DNA of 59,543 nucleotides, filler included, from Trypethelium eluteriae (Eukaryota): NCBI GenBank assembly GCA_051942245.1. It is 3 parts of 3 records of this genome, joined end to end, with 100 filler letters (N's around TTAATTAATTAA, not from the genome) between each part and the next. Parts side by side here need not be neighbours in the genome. Positions count along the whole stretch, not along the records: positions 19,931 to 39,706 come from JAVECL010000517.1; 2 more parts are not named here. One strand, 5' to 3'. Shown piece by piece: positions 23,840 to 32,428 of this stretch (position 1 is its first letter; each line of letters starts with the position of its first letter). The notes under the pieces were generated by a model. It saw only the letters and a program-made list of their open reading frames with translations, ran no database searches and was not told where the DNA came from. The position numbers and the translations under genes were made by a program.

Positions 23840-26350
23840 ATGACACGTCGGAACAGCACAACTGTCACAAATACCTCAGATGTAGGAAAATGGCTGGCAC
23901 AACCAGGGTCAGGACTCTCCCAAATTGATCTACGGGTATCCAGCGAAAACTTCCTGACTTCCACCGACCGTGCACGAGACGCCCTCGCCCAAACCCCTGA
24001 ACGTACACCACTATACGCACAACGACTGAACACACTGGCGGTAGAACTCAAACGCCAATATGGCGCTGACGGATCAATGGCCTCCTTACAAGAAGCTTTC
24101 GAACGCTTGGAAGCGGCGCTAAAGATAACGCCGCCACAAGGAGATGCCCTATATCCCAGGCTACTGCACAATCTGTCGGAGGCCTTTCGAGCCAAGTACC
24201 TGACAGACTGTGAGCCAAGAGACTTAGGAAATGCTATTGCGTTAAGTCAAAAGGCTGCGGATAGGTACCCAAAAGGGTCGATGGAAAGGATTCAGAGTCT
24301 GAATAGTCTGGCAGCGAATTTACGAGAGAAGCACAACATGACAATGTCAGAGAATGACTAGCAAGATGCTAAGAACGCGACAAATCAGGTTGTGGAAGAA
24401 TGTGGAGAGTGCAGGCCAGAGTTCGTGGATTATTTCATGAACCTCGCTCTCGTCCAGGGCGACAGAATTCGCAACGCAATCAGGTCAGAAAAGCATGATC
24501 CGGAAACATTCGAAATACTGAAAAATACTATTGATCTCAGACAAGATATTGACAAGCACTCGCGAGGTAGGGCCGAAAAGGCGCGCAATTGGAATGGTCT
24601 TGCTGAGCTGTACTTGTTTCGATTCAAAGAAAAGGGCGAAGCTCAAGATCTTGAGAAAAGCTTGAAGAATGTTCAACTTTCTGTAGATGCTACCGCGGAT
24701 GATGACCCTGCGCGGGTCCGACGGCTGAGAACTCGCGGAGACTGTCATCGAGAGCACTACAAGTGGACCAACTCCCGTGAAGAGCTTCAACGCGCCTTTC
24801 ACTACTATGAAATGTCTCTGAATCAGAATCGAGGAGATCCTCTCGACCGTATAGTGTCAGGCAAGAAAGCTGCAGCTTCGGCCATAGGTCTTGAGAACTG
24901 GAGTGATGCTGCTCTATGCTTGGAAAAGTGTCTTGGGCTGCTTCCAAGAGTCATAACTCGATCGAATGCAGTCAATAAGAGGGCTGCGCTGCAGAAGCTT
25001 TCAATGCTAGGATCCGTGACCGCGACAGTATTTTTAAAGGCAGGCAGATCGGCATTGGAATCTTTGCAAGCTCTTGAGCATTATCGGAGCATAATCTCAG
25101 GTCTTTCAGCCAACTCTAGGTCTGATGTGACCACCCTCGAGAAACATTCATCTTTGACAGAGGATGAAATTTATAAACTCACCGAGCGAGGGCCGATTGT
25201 GACGTTTAATATCAACGATTTTGGGAGTCATGCGTTCGTCGTGACGAACATTCCAAGCCATATGGTCAAGGCTTTGCCGCTTCCTGGTATCTCCCAAGCT
25301 GATCTACTCAGCTACCACTCGTCAATGCCCAATGATACCCTCAATCCCAGACGTGTCAATAATGTCCCTGGTCCCAGAAAGGTCAAGATTCTCTTCGAGG
25401 AAGAGGAGAGGCTAGAGTCCAAAAGCCCGGAAGCTTCACAAGCGGAAGCATTAAATTGTCTGTGGAGGCTGTGTGTCAAGCCTGTTCTGTCAGAACTAGG
25501 CCTGCTTAGAACTAATGGATCTGGAGACCGTCTGTCGGAGGTGTGGTGGGTTGGCGGCGGCTTGATGGCATTACTTCCAATACATGCAGCCGGAGACTGT
25601 GAACTGGACTCATTAGAGAATACCATGCAGCATGTGGTATCTTCATATGCTACATCTCTCAAGATACTTTATTTTTCGCGCCAAATGCCTTGGAGGCCTC
25701 TGGGACCTGATAGCTGTAAACCTCTAGTTGTCGCCATGCCACAAACGACTGGGGAAAGTGATCTCGATACTGATCGGGAGATTGCTGAAATCGAGAAGCA
25801 TATCAGCCCGTCAAAGGTTGACAGACTGGAGAACCCGAGTCTTGAGGAGGTCTTGAAACAACTCTCAACCCACCCAGTTGTCCATTTTGCCTGCCATGGC
25901 AGTTGTAACGCTCAATATCCTGACGAAAGTTATCTGATAGTGGGGAAAGAGAAGAAGGAGCTTCTAACGATTCGAGATCTTCAATCCATTGACCAACAAC
26001 TCTCCCAGCTCGCCTACCTTTCCGCTTGCTCCACGGCTGAGAACGCGACCGGACACTTCACGTTGGGCGACATGATATATCTACGCGGTTTACACCTCCT
26101 CGATGAAGGCATTCGTCTCGTAGACTCCTTCCAAATCGCCGGCTATCGAAATGTAATCGGCACCCTATGGGAAGCCGAGGACTCAGCCGCTGTCGCGGTG
26201 GCAGGCAAGTTCTATGAAACCCTAATAAAGGCGTACAAGAGGGATGAGCCTTCCGCGGTTTCGAGAGCGTTGCATGAGGCTGTAATGTTCAGGCGGGGTA
26301 CGAACAGAGGGAAATTTGACTGGATGCCTTTCATCCATGCGGGACCTTAA
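23840..26350 (+). CDS. TPR-repeat CHAT (caspase HetF associated with TPRs) protease, 836 codons, interrupted by one in-frame TAG at 24359-24361 (possible pseudogene allele)
   Basis: ORFs 23840-24361 and 24392-26350 are in the same frame and separated only by TAG. Helical repeats (RLLHNLSEAF, NWNGLAELY) precede the CHAT motifs LLPIHAAG, VVSSY, VHFACHG (His 25895-25897), LAYLSACSTA (Cys 26027-26029), VIGTLW and WMPFIHAG. Confidence 0.9.
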
Positions 26351-26895
26351 GTGAGATGGAAATCTTGGGGCTAAGGAGGATCTTGTCTTATGAAATGCTG
26401 GATGCCGTAGATGTGTGACCACTGTCATAGTTCGAGTGCAGCTGCATGATGATCAGAAATTGTGTTGTTCTAACCAGGCAACAAGGTCCATCTGATAGTC
26501 ACGGAAATAAAGGGGTGAGATCCCTGCTGCTGTCACTACACTCAATCGGGAAACTTCCGCGGTGGGCTAAAGAGCCAGTTCGTCTCAAGGCAGTATTCGC
26601 TATTCGAATCTTCTCTATAATACGATATTACTATACTATCAATAGAAACCGTACAAAAATATTACAACTATCCATATTTTGATACAATTGCGGCCAAGAT
26701 AAAAAGCTGACGAGGTTTAAGACTTGTTTCAGCTCTAGAAGACAACATTGCACTTGTGCTATTTGGTAAGCGAACTTTTAAGGTCCTGAATGACCTTTAT
26801 GGAGAATTTCCTATATCGTCGTCACTGCTAGCACTGAGAACTATAGAATCAGATTAGGCGTTGGAAAATTGATGTGGTCTAATTGTATTCCAAAC

Positions 26896-27981
26896 TCAAA
26901 CCCACTTCCTTGCCTTCACCCCTTCTTCGATCACTCTTTTCATCTCTCTATCGCCATACCTCTCTGCATGCGAAAGAGCACTCCCATACGTCCCATCCGC
27001 TTCCGGATTCGCGCCATGCTCCAACAGCCATTTGACTCTCTCCACCGCGCCCGCCATAGTTGCCAACAGGATAGGTAGTCGCGGCACCATATGACGACTC
27101 TCGTCTCTCTGATTGACATCCGCTCCTTTCTCCACAAGCAGCTCCATGATAGGGACTCGACCGGCATCAAATTCTGGAGTTGGATGGACAGGAGGGTAGT
27201 AGATGTTCGTGCCTTCGGGGTGTGCCCCAGCCGCAGAATGCAGTGGTAAGCCATATTCTACTCGAGCGCCAGCGTCGAGTAACAAGCGCACAGCTTCGAC
27301 ACTGCCCTGCCTAGACGCCGCTTCCAGAGCACTGCAGGAATTTGTTTCGGAGCCTCCCATGCGATCTCGGTTATCGCGTTGAGCACCAAGAGCAGGATTC
27401 GCGCCGTGGTCAAGGAACCATCGGAGAAGCGGGAGGTCCGTAACGACACTCGGTAGCAAGACGTCACCATAGAAACCTGGCGAATTTGGCGTCCAGCCAT
27501 GCTCCGCGAGAAGCTCGAATGATGGGATCTGCTGGTTTTTAGGTGCAGTGAGAACGTGAGAAGGTACTGCGCGACTGATGACTGCGCCCGCGGAGAGCAG
27601 GTATCGCGCGATGTCCACTTGTCCAGCAGCAAGAGCGGAGACAAGGCCAGAGTGCAGGAAACGGGGCGTGCTCTGCTCGGAGGTGACAATAGATTGGACT
27701 CTATCGAGGGATCCTTCACGGCAGGCGGATTCGAGGGAGGCGGTGCGGGTGGGCGGGAAATTGTAGTCGGCGTCTTGAATGGGGATGTCGTCAAGTGCAG
27801 AACCCATCGATTGATTCGTGTACTGCGGAGCCATGGCCATCCCGCCGGCGTTTTGAGCACTAGATATCTGCCCGGCCTGCTGCTGCATCTTTCGCTGCTG
27901 TATGATTCGCTGCTGCTGCTGCTCCTGCAATTGCATAGCCTGTTCCTGCGCATCTCTCTGCCGTGCCCGCGCGTCGGCCAT
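26896..27981 (-). CDS. Ankyrin-repeat protein with a Gln-rich N-terminus
   Basis: ANK-like motifs ALEAASRQGSVEAVRLLLDAGA, LLVEKGADVN, VKWLLEHGANP. First ATG at 27981; intronless. Confidence 0.88.
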   Translation of the reverse strand: MADARARQRDAQEQAMQLQEQQQQRIIQQRKMQQQAGQISSAQNAGGMAMAPQYTNQSMGSALDDIPIQDADYNFPPTRTASLESACREGSLDRVQSIVTSEQSTPRFLHSGLVSALAAGQVDIARYLLSAGAVISRAVPSHVLTAPKNQQIPSFELLAEHGWTPNSPGFYGDVLLPSVVTDLPLLRWFLDHGANPALGAQRDNRDRMGGSETNSCSALEAASRQGSVEAVRLLLDAGARVEYGLPLHSAAGAHPEGTNIYYPPVHPTPEFDAGRVPIMELLVEKGADVNQRDESRHMVPRLPILLATMAGAVERVKWLLEHGANPEADGTYGSALSHAERYGDREMKRVIEEGVKARKWV

Positions 27982-28858
27982 TTCCAAGCTTTTATAGATA
28001 CTCTAAGGGTCTTCTCAAGTATGCCCTTTACTCAATCCTGTCAAAGTAATAATGAGGACAACCTGAATCGTACGTGTTTGTTCTTCCAATGGTTCGGCGA
28101 ATTCTTCGCGGAGGGGGGCCCTACACCAGATTTCTGCACCGTAAGATAAGAGTAAGGGCTAATATCACTGGAAAGCCCTTGACGAATAGGAGACTGGGGG
28201 CTGTTACGAGAACGCTACGGATGTTGAGAACACAAAAAAGTACAATAGAGTAGAAGAGAGACGTTGGCATGCGACGCTCCCCAAGCCACCTACAAAAGGT
28301 CGGCCAACCCGATCTTCCAGCTTGTGACGTCAAATCTTCTGCATTAATGATGGCAAATAGCACACTCCTAGGTGCCTAAATGGATCGACGTCGCTTCAGG
28401 CCACCGGCCAAACCCAACACTTGACCTGAGGCTGAGCAAAGTAGATCGCAATTAGATAGAAGTTTGGAGCGGCGGCTTCAGCTTGCTCCTGTCGCCACGT
28501 TGCACGTGATTCTCTGTTCCTTCTCCCTACCTCCTACCTACCTTACCTTTAGGTAACTTGTTGATGACCTGTCCAGCTCCCTCGATCACTTGAATAGAAT
28601 GCACATTTAGAGGATGAGGTAAAAAGTAATTTACACATTGGAACGACTGAAATTTTATTAGATACTAGATCTAGTTATGGTATATAGTAAATGGTATCAA
28701 AATCTAGAAGAATGAATGGCAACATAACAAAGACGAACAATTCCCCGATCAAATCCGATGCACCCAAAGTCTAGTAAACCTAAAATCCAAATTTTTTATC
28801 ATTAGAGGCGAGGAAATTTTCATTTTTTAACAAGCTCTCCGTCTCAACCCTTCCAAGA

Positions 28859-31800
28859 TCAACCACTGCAGCTGCACTGCCCACCATTGGCATCACTCTG
28901 GAACCACTCCACTTCGTTCGCCCCGGGCCCGTCATTGAAGGACTCGAAGAAATTGACATTGATCGGTAAACATGTCTCTGCGTCGGTGTTACAGCAGAAG
29001 TTGCCGTTGATGCAGTAACAACCACCTCCACCCCACGTCGCCCAACCACCTTCATCGTTCTTAGCTTCTCCGCGTGAGTGTGGTGTGCCACCCGGTGCGA
29101 AGAGCTCGAAGAGCGTGCTGTTGGAGCCGCAGGTGAAGATGTCGGAATGTGCGTTGCCATCGCTGCCGGCGCAGGTCTGATCCGGCGGGGAATATGCACT
29201 TCCAGTCTCCCTTGGCGACGTGCTCGAACAAGAAGAGGGCAGGGTTGGAGTTGCTGGCGTGGACGATGTTGATGACGTTGTGGGTGGCGCGGTGGAGCTT
29301 GTGCTAGTCGTTGATGCAGGCTGCAGGGTCGACACTGTGATGCTGCTGGGCACTTCGCAAACCAGGTAGCTGGTACTGGAGGTTCCCGTAACAGTGGCGA
29401 AGTCGGCTTGGACCGAGCCGTCGCAGAGACACATTGTTGCCACGGTTGGCTGCAGCGTGTATGCGCTTGTGGTCACACCGATTTCGCTTGTAACGGTATA
29501 GACGCATGACGAGGGATTAATAGAAGCTTGAGTCGTTCCGGCCATAGATCCGCTGGAGCTGGAAGTGGACTGCGATGAGCTGGATGAAGAGGTTGTCCCG
29601 CTTCCACTCGAAGAGCCAGTGGTTGACGAGCTAAGAGAAGATTGGCTCCCAGTCGAGGAGCTCTGGCTACCGCTGGTGGAACTGGTCGAGCCTCCAGTGC
29701 TGCTCGAGCTGCTAGAGACATAGGAAGCGCAAGGATTGGCATATCCGACATTTCTTTGCTGTATGGTGCCCGGTGGAGGAGTGGTGTTCGGGAGCCAGAA
29801 GTCTTGGAAGGTGATCAATTGATCTTCAACCCACAGTCTCCAGCGACCCACCTGAAGGCCGGGAGAATTCGCGGGGGTATTAGCGGAGGTGAGCCAATAC
29901 TGGAAGGGATCGACTTCCAATATGGCTCGGCCTGCAGTACCTGGCTGAGCCGTGGATGATTGTTTGTCCGTTCGAGTGTAACCTAGCACTTCTTGTTTCG
30001 AATTCTCGCCGGGGATGATTCCCGCAACCTGGTTAAGCAGGGAGTTGGCACGGTCCTGATAACGCAAATTGGTTGTAATTCCCTTTTCATCCTTATCCCA
30101 TTGAGTGGCGAATGGAGTGAGAACGTAGACCTTGGGAGCATAAATAGCGTTGAGGGGCCCGGGGTTATCGTCTGTTCCCACAAGACCCGTGAGAGATTGA
30201 CAGTTCGCCGTGCCATCGCGCAGAGCAGGGAACACATTACCGAACTGTGTGTCGCTTGTCGGGTTCCAGTCTTTGTCAATGAACATGGGGACCTCCCAGA
30301 TATGAGAGATAAATACACCCTTTTCAGATGAGACGATGACAGACGTGCATCCGTAGATACCATTGACACCTGCTGCTTCATGTCCGAAAAGAGGGTAATT
30401 GAAAAACTGGCCAGAGACATCTCCTACTTGGCTGACCCAGGCGGGTGTCAACGTCCTAACGTAATTTGCGTAAGGCGGGCTGACGTCTTGAAGCGCCCGC
30501 TTAGCCAAACCATTGCTCGATGACCTTCCAACTAGTGGTGACCCATCATAGCCCACTGGGTCGCTAAAGAAGCTCCTCTTAGAAGGCGCCGCTTCCTTTG
30601 TGCTCGCCTCAGAAATTGTGCGTTTGACTATGGTGGTGATCGTCTTGATCCCGTATGAACCACTCATGTCTCTCTTGGAGGGAGCAGCTTCCGGGGTTGG
30701 ATCAGTATTGCCGGAGCTTGCAACTACGCCATAGCTACCGGATGGCAGAGTATCTGTAGTGCTTGTAGAGATCGAGGCACAGTTCTCAGTCGTAGCCATA
30801 ACACCCATGCTGGCACCGCTAAGAGGCCCTCCACCCATAGGGCATGAGTCACCGCAGGTACCAGATGCACATGGGGTTTGATCCGCACTCGATGACGAAG
30901 TAGAGACGGTGGTTGTCGTGCCCGTAACATCACATCCGGTAGTCGTCACTGTAGTTGATGGCGAGCACGTTTGAGTGGTAATCGTGGAACTACCCACGGT
31001 GGTAACAGTAGGAGAGCAAAGCACGGTGACATCGAGAGCCGTCTGTGTAGTTGTACAAGAAGATTCTGATGAGCTAGATGAGCTGGACGAGCTTGATGAG
31101 GAATCAGAATTGGATGAGCTAGAATTGTTGTCGTCGTCCGTAAGATCCTCATTTTCAGATGTAAGGTCTTCCAAGGTATCGTCAATACCGTCCACATCAT
31201 CGGAGTTAATTTTGTCTGTGATGTCATCCAGATCCTCGTCGATGCAGGACAATTTGTTAATAACATCTCCGATTGCGCCAAGCAAGCCTCTCTTCTTCTT
31301 GGAACCACATCCTGACGACGAAGAGTCACCGCCAAGATCAGAGATGAGATCTTCAATTTCACTCTTGACAGGTTTAATCTTGTTCAATGTATCGTCCTTG
31401 AGGGGGTCCGGGTTTTTCTTCCACGAATTGATGAAACCAATCAAGCCGACAATTTCAGAAGAGACTGAGGACACACTTGAAGTCGCCTGCTGACTTGCGA
31501 TAGTCGTCGTGACTGGTGGGAGAGTGATAGGCGAAGAGTATGAACCTCCAGAAATGATAGGAACGGGGTAGATTTGCCCATTAGAGCTGCTCGATGAAGT
31601 GGAGATGGAGGGAGCCCCGAAAGTAACACTAGATGTGACACTAGGAGCAGTAGCATTTGTGCTGCTTTCACTGGAGCTTCCGCTGGAACTCCCGCTAGAA
31701 CTTCCGCTCGTGCTGCCGCTCGTGCTGCCGCTGCTGCTGCCGCTTCCGCTGGTACTGCCGATGGCCGTACTATTAGCTGAAGATGAAGCGCCAGCTGTAG

Positions 31801-32428
31801 TTGAACTAGAGCTTGATGAGGAGCCAGTATTCGGTAGTGTGGTAGAGTTAGAGTTGGTTGAGCTGTGAGCTGTAGTCTGAGCTGTAGTCTGAGCTGAAGA
31901 GACTGAGCTGTTGGAAGTAGAGTGAGATGAGATGCTCGATGATGAAGAGCCCGAGGAATGAGTGTTTTGAGCTGTAGTATTATGGGATGTAACTAGCGTC
32001 GAAGTGGCCGCGTTGCTCGAAGTAGTGCTATTAAAGCTTGATGTTGAAGATGAATGGCTTGAATGAGTGCTTGAAAGAACAGAGGTTGGAGAGCTGTATC
32101 CGGCGACAATGACGACAGAACTGCTCTGTTCAACTGCAGTAATGGCCGAGCTGTCCGGGAAGGTATAGATCGCCTCCGTAGCTTGGGCACTGTTTGTCGT
32201 CTGAAAACTGATGGTCGAGTTTGAGCCAACGACGATGCCACTGCCGCTGGGAAGTATGGATACAGATTTTCCGTCGTACGTTGCTGCCGTGGAATAAGGA
32301 AGAGTAATATTGGATGTGACTGTGCCCGACGGGCCTACAATGACAGCTGCAGATGTGTAATGAGTGACAGAAGATAGAATAAACAAGGCCTTACCGGCCG
32401 AAGCGGTCCAGCCGCCAATTTTCTGCAT
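28859..32428 (-). CDS. Large secreted Ser/Thr-rich protein (1189 aa) with Kex2 (KR) sites, a CNF1/CheD/YfiH-like Cys-His domain and a Cys-rich C-terminus
   Basis: Signal peptide, long S/T tracts, several KR sites, the motif NGIYGCTSVIVSSEKGVFISHIWE, and a terminal multi-Cys module. Intronless ORF. Confidence 0.85.
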   Translation of the reverse strand: MQKIGGWTASAGKALFILSSVTHYTSAAVIVGPSGTVTSNITLPYSTAATYDGKSVSILPSGSGIVVGSNSTISFQTTNSAQATEAIYTFPDSSAITAVEQSSSVVIVAGYSSPTSVLSSTHSSHSSSTSSFNSTTSSNAATSTLVTSHNTTAQNTHSSGSSSSSISSHSTSNSSVSSAQTTAQTTAHSSTNSNSTTLPNTGSSSSSSSTTAGASSSANSTAIGSTSGSGSSSGSTSGSTSGSSSGSSSGSSSESSTNATAPSVTSSVTFGAPSISTSSSSSNGQIYPVPIISGGSYSSPITLPPVTTTIASQQATSSVSSVSSEIVGLIGFINSWKKNPDPLKDDTLNKIKPVKSEIEDLISDLGGDSSSSGCGSKKKRGLLGAIGDVINKLSCIDEDLDDITDKINSDDVDGIDDTLEDLTSENEDLTDDDNNSSSSNSDSSSSSSSSSSSSESSCTTTQTALDVTVLCSPTVTTVGSSTITTQTCSPSTTVTTTGCDVTGTTTTVSTSSSSADQTPCASGTCGDSCPMGGGPLSGASMGVMATTENCASISTSTTDTLPSGSYGVVASSGNTDPTPEAAPSKRDMSGSYGIKTITTIVKRTISEASTKEAAPSKRSFFSDPVGYDGSPLVGRSSSNGLAKRALQDVSPPYANYVRTLTPAWVSQVGDVSGQFFNYPLFGHEAAGVNGIYGCTSVIVSSEKGVFISHIWEVPMFIDKDWNPTSDTQFGNVFPALRDGTANCQSLTGLVGTDDNPGPLNAIYAPKVYVLTPFATQWDKDEKGITTNLRYQDRANSLLNQVAGIIPGENSKQEVLGYTRTDKQSSTAQPGTAGRAILEVDPFQYWLTSANTPANSPGLQVGRWRLWVEDQLITFQDFWLPNTTPPPGTIQQRNVGYANPCASYVSSSSSSTGGSTSSTSGSQSSSTGSQSSLSSSTTGSSSGSGTTSSSSSSQSTSSSSGSMAGTTQASINPSSCVYTVTSEIGVTTSAYTLQPTVATMCLCDGSVQADFATVTGTSSTSYLVCEVPSSITVSTLQPASTTSTSSTAPPTTSSTSSTPATPTLPSSCSSTSPRETGSAYSPPDQTCAGSDGNAHSDIFTCGSNSTLFELFAPGGTPHSRGEAKNDEGGWATWGGGGCYCINGNFCCNTDAETCLPINVNFFESFNDGPGANEVEWFQSDANGGQCSCSG

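Noticed and set aside
31660..31900. Short tandem repeats (CTCGTGCTGCCG, GAGCTGTAGTCT) as a possible array
   Set aside because: They encode Ser/Gly/Thr stalk repeats of the secreted protein and have no spacer structure.
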